NCBI GenBank assembly: GCA_044892525.1
Contig: CM097886.1
Coordinates: 179,230,312-179,294,311 of the forward strand
DNA length: 64,000 nucleotides
Source of the DNA: Schmidtea polychroa
Lineage: Eukaryota
Direction of reading: 5' to 3'
In this document: positions 32,720-48,000 of the stretch, one piece after another
Position numbering within the stretch: position 1 is the first letter of the stretch
Layout of the letters: the number at the start of each line of letters is the position of its first letter
The notes under the pieces: model-generated
The model's database searches: none
Seen by the model: the letters and a program-made list of their open reading frames with translations, nothing else
Told to the model about the DNA's origin: nothing
Translations under genes and position numbers: made by a program

Positions 32720-33086
32720 TTAACGACAATATATTTTCCTTGGCGTGCATCTTGATTTAATGCCAACAGGTCTGTAGAATAGAATGAAGCATGAAAACCA
32801 ACGGTTCCAGTAGAAACTACAGAATCTCGAAGCACAAAATAGGTATCGTTTTACTATTTTAGCTTCATTTTCCAGTTTCGCATCATTAACTAAATTAATT
32901 AATTAATTAATTAACTAAAATTAATTAAAAAATATAATTAATAGTATGTGAGTGTGAGATAAACGTACAATGATCCAATTCTTTTCCCGTCACTTCCGCT
33001 TCATCCTTTGAATCTTGATCCGTTTCCACATCACAGAAAATCGGAACAATCACCAATAGTCCTAAAAGTAAATAGAAAAGCTTCAT
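32720..33086 (-). CDS. Secreted Cys-rich prepropeptide A, copy 2
   Basis: Identical to copy 1. Confidence 0.88.
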
Positions 33087-34385
33087 GATTAAAATCGTGT
33101 CGGTTCTGTGTGATATTTATACTAATAATCAAAATGAACTTATTATTTTAATTATTAGATTCTATTACTGATAAATAGTAATGATAAGGCCCTGTCGGTT
33201 TTCAAATTAAAAAAATAAAACAAAATGAATGAACTTAAAAATATAATACAAATAAATAAAAAATTATATATATATTTAAAAATTTTAAAAAAGATTTTAT
33301 GTTAAAAATTACACATGGTCTTGTTGCGGGGGTTCAATTGAGAGTCCCGGAATAGTTTTGGCCTGATTAATAAAATGTTGATGTATTATTTTTGTAATAA
33401 ATTTGTTTTATTTAACAATTTTTTTTCTTTTTTTTTACCAGTAAATTTTTTTTTATATTTCACCATTGACTGATTTTGAACTTGAATTAACATTTTATTA
33501 ATTTCTAATTATAAATCAAAATTTTTATTTATTTAGTACTGAAACTGGAAAAATTAGAAAAATGCAATTTTTGAAATTAATTAAAAATTAATTAAAAATT
33601 AATTAAAAAGAAAAAATTTTTTCTTTCATTCTTTTTTTTATTTATGAAAATCTCTTTTAAATAACTTTTATAAAAATGGTTATAAAAATTAATTATATTA
33701 ATTAGAAATTAATTAATAATTAATTAAAAAGAAAGAATTCTTTCTTTCATTCTTTATTTTATTTATGAAAATCTCTTTTAAATAACTTTTATAAAAATAG
33801 TTATAAAAATTAATTAAAGTAATTAGAAATTAATTAAATATTAATTAAAAAGAAAGAATTCTTTCTTTCTTTCATTCTTTATTTTATTTATGAAAATCTC
33901 TTTTAAATAACTTTTATAAAAATGGTTATAAAAATTAATTAATTTAATTAGAAATTAATTAAAAATTAATTAAAAAGAAAGAAATCTCTTTTAAATAATT
34001 TTTAAGTAATTATTGTCAGTAGTATATATGGGCATCAATCATTTGGTATCCGGTATCATGGATTTGTTAAAGACTGCTTGAATCCTTTACTTTAAAAATT
34101 ACTACTTCTGTAGGAGTATACTCATAGGCAACATACCCCAATATACTCTTCTCGTATCCTTGTTGGGTCCGCGTACCTTATACCTAAAAAGTAATCAAGT
34201 TTATGACATTTTTAATTGAAGTAAAATAGATATTTAAAATAGACATTGAACTATATGAAGTATATGAAAATGAAGATTTTATCTTTTGCTTATGTAACTT
34301 TTCAAAGTTGACATGGATAAATAATAAGTTCATCAACGTCAACAGCATCTATATATAAAACCCTCTGCCAGTTACCAGAATCATA

Positions 34386-34731
34386 ATGATGACGGCCTTT
34401 TATCTTACGATTCTTTTTACACTTTTATTATCGGTTTATGGTAAGTATGAGTATGAGGAAATGGTAGAACACGAAAATGATTTTGAAGTGAAAAATTTAG
34501 TCGAGGGTAAATTTAATTTAATTAATTGAAATTAATTTGATGTTAATTTTTTGTGAAGATCAAGAAGAAATAAGCGATGAAGAGCAATCGGGTGAAACTA
34601 AACGAATTAATAGAAGAAACTTTTGTGGTTTAAGACAATGCCGTATCCTTTACCGAAGATGGTTCACTTGCACGATATATCTCTACCGAATAGGTTTGAT
34701 TTGTAAACCTCGCTCTTTTCGTTGCATCTAG
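34386..34731 (+). CDS. Secreted Cys-rich prepropeptide B, copy 2
   Basis: Identical to copy 1. Confidence 0.88.
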
Positions 34732-35604
34732 ACGGGAACTGTATACATAATGATTGCTTAAATACATTATGATGATTCACTAATTTATTTCATTGTTTAT
34801 ATATACATGTAAATATACATATAGCAAATTAATAGATTTTTAAAATTTGATAAATCATGATTTTTCACAAGTATATACGTCGTATTTTATGTATATTATG
34901 ATAGAAACAATTTCTTAACACTGTATTGTACTTAGATTTTCTCAATGCAATCTTTACCTTATAATTTTGATTTTTTACTAGTAATATACAAAACAAACGT
35001 TGAACCAGTTATAAATAAATTTTGACTCTTTTCTCTTTTTTTATCGAAAAGATTATGGGGCAAATTGCCCCGGGCAATTTGACTTTTAAACTCTATTGTT
35101 TGGGACATAGAGCTTAGTATGATGAGAAGCATTGGTTTAGAGTGTGTCAACGGATATTTCACCATTATTGCTATACTAATTCTCTGGCATCGTATAGACA
35201 ACTTTTGAATTGCCTATTGTAAATTGACTTTTTAATGATACAAGTTGTAATTATCATACTATGAATGGCCAAGAAACGTTTACATGCTGGAATAAGAAAA
35301 GTTATACATTAAAAATACCCTGGCATGATGAAAGAAAATTAAAACTTCAATAAAAGGTTTAAAATAGGGTATGAATTAAACTTCAAGTAAAATTATTGTT
35401 AAGTTCAAGTAAAAATATATAAAAACAGCTAATTTTAATTTAAAATTAAATTATCTAACAAGTAATGCTTTCTTAGCTTTTTCTGGTTTACCTCTCTTTA
35501 TTTTCCACCTTTTTTATTATTTCTACCCGAATTTCACTTGGCGATTATTTTAAAATTTTCGCTTCAATGAAAAAATTTGCATAAGTTAATTAAATAAAAA
35601 TAAT

Positions 35605-35970
35605 GGTACTTCCGTGTTATCTTACCCCCAAAAATTAAATTTGAAAAGAACACATATAATTATTATATTAATTTTTTAAATCACAGTTACAAACTCAGCA
35701 GATGTTTGTAAAGAGTTTGTAAATGGTCATCCAGGTGGCCAGGAAACCACAATGTCGTTGAGAATAGTGTCGAACACATCGGCAATGTTGCTTAGAACAC
35801 GTTTGCGCCACATAAACTCACATAATCATATAATCACAGATAGCCTTAATAAATTCATGTTCAATAATGTTCAATAACGTCATCAATAATGTATTCTCTT
35901 ATTTTTTATATTGTTATTTTAATTGTATTTTATAATTTAATTTTTGGGGGTAAGATAACACGGAAGTACC
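35605..35970. mobile_element. Merlin-like MITE, copy 2
   Basis: Same TIR/TSD. Confidence 0.85.
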
Positions 35971-37283
35971 AAAATAATTTTTCTTTGATTAAAACTTATT
36001 TAAATCACACTGAAAAGGTTTGCAAATTTTAATGTTGATAAATCGTTGACTACGTCAAAAGGTGCACCTAAAATCTATTTGAATTAAAGGCTCTCTGTAT
36101 CCTATTTTCGACTTTCTTAATCTTTTGGATTTAGAGATACTTTTGGTTGGAAATCGGATATCAGAGATGGGAAATGTTTTACAAGATATTGTGGTAATCA
36201 ACATTTTTACCATAAAAATGGCGGTACCAAAATAATGACAAAATATATTCAAACAAATATGTAAACCATTTCTGGCGTTTTTATTAAATATTTAAATTTA
36301 ATTGTGGTTGGTCAGAAATTTTTTTTTGTTTTTATCAGACTCGAATAAACTGACAACTCTATTAATAAAAAATGAAATAAAATTCAAAAAGATGAAATCC
36401 TTCCATATAGTTGGGTAATGAAAGTTAATGATGAAAAAGGTGTTCGTACTGTCCATAAAATACTATTTAATCTTTTTAATCAAATGTTTATCCGAGTATC
36501 CTTATGAAAGATATCCTTGCACTAAGTTTATTCAATATATACCCAATATATACCCAATGTATTCCCATTTTATTACCCCTAATAAAATTTTTTAACTTTT
36601 CTAGAAATTAAATAAAAGACACCCTCTCACTCAACATTTCTAAAAGGTTTTTAGACAAATGTTTTAGACCCCTTAACCCTTATTCAAATTAATCACTTTC
36701 TGGAAAAGTAAAAAAACTTTAATAAGGGTAAAAGGGTCTAAAACTTATGTCTAATAACAGAAATAAAATTTTAAAGAACTTAATAAAAACACCAAAAATG
36801 GTTTACATATTTGTTTGGACATATTTTGTCAATATTTTGCTACCACCATTTTTATCATAATATCCCATCTCTGATGTCCAATTTCCAACCAAAGTATCTC
36901 TAAATTCAAAAGATTAAGAAAGTCGAAAATAGGATACAGAGGTAACCCTTAACCCAAATATATTTTAGGTAAACCTTTAGATGTAGTCGAAGATTTGTCA
37001 ACATTTGAAATTTGCAAACCTTTTCTGTGTGATTTAAATTCGTTTTAATCAAAGAAAAAATATTTTTATTTAATTATCTTATGCAATTTTTTTCATTGTA
37101 GGGGAAATTTTAAAATGAATCGCCAGAGGAAATTCGGGTGGAAAATGTCAAAATCTCTTCATTATTCACTGACTTTGATTTTAAAGAACTATCAGATCAA
37201 AGAAAGGCAAAGAACTAATGAGAATTAATTAATAAAAATTATATAAATTCAGATTTATTAAATATTATGAAACGATAAAAATT

Positions 37284-37368
37284 ATGAAAGTGACAAAATG
37301 TTTCCCTTTTAGTGCTTTCATTATAGGAATTCTTACTCAAGTTATTGTTGGTTAGTAATATTTAGTAA

Positions 37369-37451
<83 letters not shown>

Positions 37452-37915
37452 GTACTAATATCATCATTATCATATATTTTAGGAAGTTCTCTTGTAAATA
37501 AGTCTACACTTTTCTGTTATTATTGTACCTCAACTGTGAATCCTTATTGTGGGAATACGGTATCCCCAATTAGACTCTACACAATGATTTGCGATCCAGA
37601 GCGATATGTTTGTGCGAAACAAGTACAATACTTGGGTTACGAACGTTGAATTTTTAAGGGATTTGTTTAATTATTTAATCAGGCAATCATTCCTTCGGAT
37701 ACATTCGAACTTGCTACAAGAAAGGTGAGAAGTATTGGATGAACGAAACAATCGGGTGTCAGAACCAAACCAATAAAGAAATTCTTTCGAAATATAATAT
37801 TACTTTTACAGCCCTGTATTGCTTCTGTAATTCCAATTATTGCAACGGTGCAACAATATTGAAAAATGAGTTTTTAATTTATGTATTTCTCATTGAATTA
37901 GTGAGTTTGTTTTAA
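37284..37915 (+). CDS. Quiver/Ly6-like protein, copy 2
   Basis: Identical exons; longer intronic TTA run. Confidence 0.85.
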
Positions 37916-38894
37916 TGGATGCTCGTGTTAGGTGTGGTAAAATACTTCTTGTTTTCATAAATAATTATTATTTTATTATTTTCTTATAATAATGTGTTGC
38001 AACTAATTAAAATTCTTTTATTTAAAATGGATCATTTTCATCNNNNNNNNNNNNNNNNNNNNNNNNNNNNNNNNNNNNNNNNNNNNNNNNNNNNNNNNNN
38101 NNNNNNNNNNNNNNNNNNNNNNNNNNNNNNNNNNNNNNNNNNNNNNNNNNNNNNNNNNNNNNNNNNNNNNNNNNNNNNNNCGGATGTCTAACATTTGAAT
38201 AATATAAACTCTATTCTTACTTTTAGCAAGTATCATTTATGTTGTTTGAATCAGACTCGTTTACAGCAGTTTATTTCAAACAAAATCTGATTATTCTTTT
38301 TTTAAGTTTTATTTTAATCTTTTCGGTGATAATAATTTGATAATTTTCAACTTTTTTTTATTTTTAATTTGATAAAATTTTTAATATTTATTTAATTCAT
38401 ATTTTGGATAATTTTATATTTTAATTAAAATTTTTCATTTGTACTATTTTTTATATAATTATTTTATTTCTTTTCGTACAAATACAAATATCGAAAAAAT
38501 TATGAGAAAATTAAAATAATACAATTGACACTTTTTTATATTTTTCAAAAGAAAACCGTTATAACTCACTATCGGATATATATTAATACGTCATACGTCT
38601 ATCACGTTGCGTCAATAACGCATTATGTTGAATAACTGGGGTTGAGGGTTACGTGAGTATTCTGAGTTTTACTGAAATATAAAAGATATGCTTGTATAAT
38701 ATAACCTTAATTCTTTCACAATATAGCTTTATATTATATTACAATACACTGATGCTTCACTAAAAGTCAGATCTATGGTCTATTTATCATGATCTATCAC
38801 TTACACTAAGTGAATGAAGATGATTTAAATATGAACGTGACTACAGAAATATGTATTTGTTAAACAGAAATTCCCATCCGGGCGTTTGTATTGT

Positions 38895-39215
38895 CTAAGC
38901 ACATTGGCATACTCCAGGGACACATGGTCCAATTGGTCGATAATAGAAATATACCCAACAAGAATAGTGTTTGTTCATAGTAACATTGAAAAACCTTGTA
39001 GCACACCATTTCGCAGGTCCAAATCCATTTGGATTAAATGGATTGAAATGCCGATCTTCTATAAACAATATAAATCAAAAATAATATTAATTATTATTAT
39101 TATAACCTTCTTGATCTTCAGAAAAGTCATCACTTTCTTTTATTTGATTTGTCTCTTTTGCACATATAATTGATAAAATGAAGCAACATCCGAACAAAAG
39201 TAAATCTAATTTCAT
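38895..39215 (-). CDS. Secreted Cys-rich prepropeptide C, copy 2
   Basis: Identical to copy 1. Confidence 0.86.
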
Positions 39216-40302
39216 TGTTGTTGATTCGGTCTTGTTGAGATATTTTATAATAATTTTGCGTAGCTTGTTATGAATGACCATACCAGGGTTTCAAGCGTGG
39301 GCTCATTGTCACCAATAACACATTCCTAGTCAAAATGCTAAACTGTTTTTCTTATTTTATTTCACTTGAATTTCATGTTATGACAAATTTTATCAAATTT
39401 TCTGAATATATTTCTCATTTATACGTCACATTCTTCAGCAGGGCCGGATAGGTCCTCAGGCTAAGAAGGTCGAAGTCTAGGATCTCATTTAGTTAAATGT
39501 ATTTAATCTAAATTTTTACTCAAAATAAATAACAAAACAAAATGTAATATAGATATAAAAAATAGGAGCAAAATATTTTGAAAAAACAAAATCTGAAAAA
39601 ACAAAATGTAATATAGATATTCCTCTTCTATGAATATTCTATGAATATTCCTCTTTTTCATACATGCCTTTGTACGCGCCATGTTCTTAACAGTTTGGCA
39701 AGTCCATTTGAATATAATAAATTTTTATTTTCTTCAGACATCTCAAGCAAACATTATTTGATAATAAATTTACATTATCTCTAATTACAAGACACTCAAA
39801 ATTTGGATAGAAGAATTTAGCAATATTTTTAAATTTGTATTCCGCATTGATTAAATATTAATCAATTAAATGATAAGCCTCTTGCTGAGAAGTATACATT
39901 AAATAAAATCAATGAATTTTCAACTATAAAAATAATCCATTTCAATTTCCTTGAAATTTTATGTAGTTGAAATTTCTTCGCACCAAATATACTTCGCACA
40001 AAAAGTCTTAAATTATCAATTAATTGTTTAACAATAATAATAATAATAATAATATTATTATTTTTTTTTATTATTATTAAACTAATGATTTAAATTAGAT
40101 AATTAAATATTCATATTATTTCAATTGTTTTTTTATAAATTCCAACATTTCTTAAAATATCACCATTTGTAAATAAATTACATTCAACCTACTAACAACA
40201 ATTTGTGGCCTACGACCATTTAGTGAAACAACCGTAAAGTATTGCTTACCGAATTTTTGATATAAATAGATTCTTTTACACATTTCACTAAACAAATCAA
40301 GC

Positions 40303-40611
40303 ATGCAATTTATTGTGCTCTTCATATCACTCGCTGTCTGTCCATTATTACTTGACAATTTCGTGAAATCGGACGAATCCATGGATAACGTATTAAAAGG
40401 TAACTTGAAATTTATCATTGGATTTATATAATTTATATTAAATTCAGTAAATGCATATGCGAGTCCTGTAAACACGGAACCGAATCGAGTATTCTGTGGT
40501 TTTCGCACTGCAAAAGTGAATTTTTATTTAGACTACAAATGTCGGGTACCTTTCTATAGGGATGCTTCAACTAACGGTCCATGTTTACCTGACAAATGCC
40601 AATGCTTTTAA
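40303..40611 (+). CDS. Secreted Cys-rich prepropeptide D, copy 2
   Basis: Identical to copy 1. Confidence 0.86.
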
Positions 40612-41923
40612 TTTTGCATACTTTATATGTTTCAATTGGTAAAAACAAAAGCTATTTTCTTTTTATTTGTTATGAAATTTTTATTAATATATTGAAGTGT
40701 GATTCTTGTATAAGTTAATAAAATTTGACTAGAAGAACTTAGCAATATTTTTATATTTGGTGAAATACAAATTTCTAAATATCTCTTATATAAAATAAAT
40801 GAAGTTTCCCAATTTCAACAGAAAATGCTTATATTTCAAACTTAGGAGTACTAGAATAATTTTGATATTTTTATTTCATCTTTTAAATTTTTGCTTGTGC
40901 AACCTGGACAAACATAATATTATTTTCAAATTAAATTTGTATTTTATTTGTAAGCGAAATTAATGATGTTTTATTTTTAAATATTCTATATGAAATTTCC
41001 CACTTAGGATCTCATCAAATTAAAATCCGATGTTTTCTCTACCATTCATTTCCCTAGTAACTAGAGTATTTTAAAGGGGAGTGATAGGAATTTGTGATTT
41101 TCTACCAATTTATTTTTCTGATTTTTATTAAATTACGCAGACATGATGTTATATTCATGGAAGGTCATTAATAAGGAAATATGAACCATAAGAATCATAA
41201 AATCGATTAAAAATATTTTTCAGGTTTTTCTAATTTTCTAAACAAATTTCTGCTATTTCATCAATAACTTTCAATTGAAAGTTAAATTTAGATGAATATT
41301 TTGATTTGTAATTAGTTTACAACAGAAATTTTAGGGAATTGAAACTTAACAACCCCTAAGAATGCTTATTTGCGTTTCCGGTTTTCTTCTTCGGGATAGG
41401 ACTAACGTAACATGTGACACGTAGCACATTATCTATGTGGTGTTAAATTTTCCAGGTAATCTTGAAGTCATTGCACCGGATTAGTTAATGGACCACCTAA
41501 TTCATTCAGTTTGGTTGATATTCCTCAAAGATCATTATTATTATAGATGCCTGCACACATTCACACAAAATGAGTGACTATTCCTAAATCAAAATTTTTA
41601 ATTAAGATTACTAATAGTGCAAACCTAGAATGTGCTACTTGAAATAAATTAAAATTTTAACTTAATTTACGTAATTGCAATTTATTATCTGAGTAAACTT
41701 ATTCAAACTACAATAAAAGCTTTTGATTTTTTATCAAATTAAAATTTGTTAAAATTTCATTTTTATCATAGAGACAACTAAAAAATTAATTTGATAAAAA
41801 TAAATTACAAAATATTTATTTTTAAGAGTCATTAAAATACCAGTTGTTTAAATATATCACTTTATTTATAACAAATAGTTTTAATAAGTAAAGACTAGAT
41901 TATTATTATTATTATAGTGAAAA

Positions 41924-44900
41924 ATGACGAAGGATTTATTGGCAGCCCTTAAAGCTGTTAGTTTTATATCAATTATATAAACTATTTGAATTTTGTTAAA
42001 ATTTTATTTTTTGAATAATAATTTAATTAATTTTTAATTGCTATTTAAAGCTATTTTGAAAAATCTCTATTTTTTCAATTTCATGTAATGATGCTGAAAT
42101 AATTAACATTTAGAGCATAATTTAGTGTTTTATCATGTTTAGACTCAACCGGAAGATGAAGACAGTCTTCCGGATACATCAATTAATGTAGATAGTGCAC
42201 AATACATGAATGAATTTTTTAATCAGGTAAAAATGGCAAAAGAAATTAAACTAAATTAAATGAAATTTTAATAAGGTTGAAGACATTAGAACCATGATAG
42301 ATCAAATTCAGAATTTTGTAGACGACGTCAAAAATAAGCACAGTGATATTCTTTCTTCACCACATCAAGATGAGAGTATGGAATCATTTTTCTATATAAT
42401 GAAATTAAACTCCTAAAAATCAACTTTGGATTATATATAATAATTATTATTGACTATTAACAGAAACAAAAACACAACTGGAAGAAGCAATGGCTGAAAT
42501 CAAGAAAAATGCCAATAAAGTTCGGTTTAAGTTGAAAAGTAATTTCTTTTTCCCGATATAAATTTCGTATTTCACAGTATATTAAACTTATAAATTGTCA
42601 ACGGTTTTTCGGGTATAATTAAATTATAATTAAGCCTAGAAACTATTAAATATTTATTAATAATTTTTAATTGGAATATTCCAAATGGAAAAGTTTTGGC
42701 ATGCATGATTTTATTGTTTAGAATTATCATTATTTGGCTTTGTTTCTGGATTGAGAATTTTTCATATTTGCATCCTGATTTGGTAACCAATAGATTTCCA
42801 GGGTTTGTTGTTGTGCCTGTGTGCGTGCTAGATCAAATGATAGACTTGCACACAGACACGCACACGTTCCTACGGGATTCGTTTAGCGCAATCTGCTATT
42901 TTTACTATATAGTTTATTGATATTATTATTTGTATTATTAGTACACCTATGAAAGCCGATTGATGAGAGATAATTTTGACGCAATGGTAAATAAATCTAT
43001 CTCAGGTAGATATATTTATCCCTCGGTTCATTAATATTATATTTGCTGTTTCTAATTGATTTAATTAAATGAGCACTGATAAAGGAGGGGGCGTCGTGCG
43101 GGAGGGAGAGAGAATGAGCGTTGGTTCCCGATTTCCAATCGGAAGTATTTTTTCAGATTTTAATTCAACAAAACAATCCATTGGAAAATTTGGAATTTAT
43201 AAAATAATTTTAAAAAATTAAATTTTCTAGATTATTTTTAATCATTTTTTTAAATTCTGAAAATATACTTACAATATCGGAAAATATTTTTAAAAAATGC
43301 TATATATATTATTTATTTTATTTTAAATATTTCATTGATTTTTTTCCCTAATTTATAAGAAAAAATTATATTTTTTATATTATTTTTTTTTTAAAACTTT
43401 TATTGATTTTTTTTTAATTCTAAAAATTATATTTTCATTATCGGAAAATAATTTCAATGGTTTTTTTAATTTATAAGAAAAAATTAAATTTTCTAGATTA
43501 TTTTTAATCATTTTATAAATTCTAAAAAATATATTTACAATATCGGAAACAAATATTTTAAAAATCCTATATATATATTTTTAAATATTTTATTAATTTT
43601 TTTTAAAAAATTTCAGAAATTTTTTTTAATTTATAAAAAAAATTAAATATTCTAGATTATTTTTAAATTCTTTTTTAATTCTAAAAATAATATTTTCAAT
43701 ATTGGCAAAAATATTTTTAATTTATAAGAAAAAACTAAATTTTCTGGATTATTTTTAATCATTTTTTTTATTTCTGAAAATATACTTACAATATCGGAAA
43801 ATATTTTTTAAAAATGCTATATATATTATTTATTTTATTTTAAATATTTCATTGATTTATTTTAAACTAAAAATTATATTTTCAATATCGGAAATTAATT
43901 TCAATGGGTTTTTTAATTTATAAGAAAAAATTAAATTTTCTAGATTATTTTTAATCATTTTTTAATTCTGAAAATATACTTACAATATCTGAAAAATATT
44001 TTAAAAAATGGTATATATATATTATTTATTATTTTTATTTTTAAAACTTTTATTGATTTTTTATAATTCTAAAAATTATATTTTCAATATCGGAAAAAAT
44101 ATTTTAAAAATCCTATATTTCAGAAATTTTTTTTTAATTTATAAAAAAAATTAAATTTTCTAGATTATTTTTAAATTCTTTTTTAATTCTAAAAATTATA
44201 TTTTCAAAATTGGCCTAAATATTTTTAATTTATAAGAAAAAACTAAATTTTCTGGATTATTTTTAAAATTTTTTTTAATTCTAAAAATTATATTTTCAAT
44301 ATTGGCAAACATTTTTTTAATTTATAAGAAAAAAAATTTTTTTAAAGTATAATTGTATTTTTTGAATTCAAAAAATATATTTACAATATCGGAGAAAATT
44401 ATCATTAAATTTTTGATCGATTTTTAAAAATCCTAAAATTATAATTTATTAAATCGCAAAAAATCCAAAAAATTAATATTGATTTTTGAAAAAAATATTC
44501 CAGGAAATAAATTTACATTTTTAATGCTGTATTCATTTCTATCTAAAAAATAAAGTTTTTCTTTAGATTTTATTCTCTCAAATTTTATATAGATTTTCTT
44601 TATCAAGAAATTTTCATTTTTCAACTGAATATAAATTAAATTTTTAAATAATTTTTTTTTGATTTTAATAATTTAATTGATTAAAATCTAAAGATTTTAA
44701 AAAATATATTCAAGGATATAAATTATAATATTTTATTCTAAATTAAATTGGAATTGATTCCAGTTAAAAAAATAATATTTTTCAATTTCGATTTTCCGAA
44801 AAATTGTGAAAATTTTTATTGATTTATTAAAAAAATAATTTTTATATTTTCTAAACTGAATTAATTTTAATGATTTTTAATTTTAATAATTTTTTTATTT

Positions 44901-45093
44901 TTGGAAGAATATTTTCCGATTAATGTTTTTGACCGCTATTCAATAATTTTTTCTTTTTCGTTTCCCAATGAAAAATATTTATATATTTTTATATAAGATT
45001 TAATCGATTTCTTCTGCAGACATTGAGCAAAGCATTGAACAAGACGAAGCGCAAGATAAATCATCTGCTGATTTACGAATTAAAAAAACTCAG
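41924..45093 (+). pseudogene. STX1: Syntaxin-1 exons 1-5 only, copy 2
   Basis: Identical to copy 1; truncated at the 47160 junction. Confidence 0.9.
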
Positions 45094-48000
45094 GTGAGGA
45101 GTCTAATGAAATTATTTGAAGTATTTATGTGATATATAAATTTCTCTAATTTAATTATTTTATAATTGACTTTTAAAATTTTAACAAAAATTTATAATAT
45201 ATTATTAATATTATTTTATTTTTTATTTATCTTTTTAGTATTATTTTTCTATAAATTTTTTAATTTTCACGTATTTTTAATTTTATTTTCTATTATTTTT
45301 ATTTATTATTATTTAATTATTTATTGTTTATTTATTTTTAATATTATTAATATTTAACTGTTATTACTAATATTATTTTATTTTTTTAGTATTATTTTTA
45401 AATAAATGTTTTAATTTTTAATTTATTATTTTTATTTAATATATTATTTTATTTTTATTGTTTATTTATTTTTAATATTATTAATATTTAATTGTTATTA
45501 CTAATATTATTTTATTTTTTAATTTTTTTAATAAATTTTTTAGTCTTCGCGTATTGTGCATTTATTATTTTTAATTTAATTTTTTATCATTATTATTTAT
45601 ATTATTAATTTATTATTTTTTTATTTTTTATTAATATTATTATATTTTTGTTTATTTGTTTTTTATTTTTATCTCATTTTATATTGTTTATTTATTTTTA
45701 ATATATAATTGTTATTACTAATATTATTTAATTTTTTAACAAATTTTTAACCTTTACCTATTGTTAATTTATTATTTGTAATTTTATTTTTTATTATTAT
45801 ATTAATATTAATTTATTATATTTTTGATTATTTTTGATTTATTATTATTATTTAATATATTGTTAACATTATTTTATTGTTGTTTATTATTTTTTTTATT
45901 AATGTTATTTCATTATTTATTTTTTAATATTTTTAATATATAATTGTTATTACCAATATTATTTTAATTTTTTTAGTAATATTTTTTAATAAATGTTTTA
46001 ATTTTTAATTTATTATTTAATATATTATTTTATTTTTATTTCATTTTTTTTAATATTTAATTGTTATTACTAATATTATTTTTTTATAAATAATATTCTT
46101 CACGTATTGTTAATTTATTCATTTTATTTATATTAATATTTTTTATTTATTTAATTTTAATATTTAATTGTTATAACTTAAATTATTAAAATATTATTTT
46201 GATGTTAGTTTTCATTATTTATTTTTTACTTTTAAAAATTTAATATATTGTTAATATTATTTTATTTTTATTATTAATTTCTTTTATAAATTTTCATATT
46301 CTCTTTATTGTTATTCACTCATTTTTAATTTTTAATTTTAATATTATTTATATTTTAGTATTATTTTTAAATAATTATTTATTATTATTATTTTATTTAA
46401 TATTTTCAAATTTAATATTTCTTTTAAAAATTTTTATAATGTTAATTTATTATTGTTTTATTTTTATTTTTTTATTAATATTATTATTTTTAATTTTTTC
46501 TATCTTTAATAATTTTGTAATTTTCCTAATTATAAATTTTTTATATTTATATTGTTATTATATTAATAATTTTAATATTTTTTTCTTTATAATAATTTAG
46601 CTATTATTATTTAATAATTGTTTTTGCTTTATTATTTAAATTATTTTATTCGAGATATTTTTTTGTTATTTTGAAAATTTTAATATTTTTTAAATAACCC
46701 CGAAAAGAACTTTATATAATTTATTTTAAAATTTTTTGCTCTGTCAAAAATTGTCTAATAATCAATTAAAATTCTCTCTCTGAAAACATCAAGGAATATT
46801 AAAAATCAATAGTTATGCTTCTCAGGGAATTCCTCAACGGTATATCAGAGTGAGGCCTTCCAATTACCCAATTAACTATTATTTCTCACTCAAATATTAT
46901 AACGGCCTGGAAATATCCTCATTTACAAATATAATCACGGAACAAACACATTTCAATGAATTATGTATTGATTAATATTTATTGGCTATCTCAACATAAT
47001 TTTTCTAATTCAAAAACTAAATTAATTTTCAACGTGATCGGTTTTAATCGTTGTTTGATATCGAAATAAATTTTATAATATATAAATCGGGACAAACTTT
47101 TCATTTAATAAAGTCTTCCAAAGCTTTTCTAATAAAAATTATGCGATCTAGGGATAAATAACGCATATTACTTCTTGAAGGTGCAAAGGTAGTGAGTAAA
47201 TTTTACACGCTGGCATATATCTACGATTTTGAAATGACAAGTAAAATGTTGCTCTAAGGATTTTAAAGAAGAAAATATTTAATCATATGAAAACCAGAAT
47301 AAATTATAATTATAATTAAAGCTGACAAGCAATGAATAGCATGTGAATTAATGGTTGCAAAGGTCTGTAACACAGAAACACTGCCAAACGAGACTATAGA
47401 AGAAAAGACGGATTTACAATGAATTACAAAAATAAAGAAAATAAAAATATTGGGTAAGACATTATGTAAAAAATACACATGGGCAATCTAGAAGAATTGG
47501 GTTACACTGAATAAATCGTGCGAAGAAAATTTAAAAATTGAAAAACGGACATAGCGACCCAATTTTAGGCATTCTGTTCGACCGTATTGGTTGTAACATA
47601 TTATTTGGGGCGTATTTGTAATTAATTATAATCATATATTGTAAAATTGTACTAGCGTTAATAAACTAATATATTGTTGTGAGTAATAGTTGCAGGTGTT
47701 TATCAAAGTAAAAATAATGCGCTAACCTAAGCGATTCGTTGTAAAGCAATAAAAACATGAATTTAGATTATGTAATATCAAACATGAAACGCTTATCCTC
47801 ATCTATCCTCATACCACTGGAGACTAACACTAGAATTTCTGGAAAATATGACAAACTATGCAAACAATGTCAGTAACTAATTCACCTTTTGTGAGGTTCC
47901 TAGCCGGTCAAATTTTTATTTAATAAAAGTCAGCGGAATTTATTTAATAACGACTTTTCTTTCTGTTTATGGATGTTTTTATTTCAAAATATGATATTTA

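Larger units (their letters stand above)
30957..47160 (+). repeat. Tandem segmental repeat, copy 2 (16204 bp), chimeric
   Basis: Junction GGGATAAATA|ACGCATATTAC at both ends. Confidence 0.97.
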
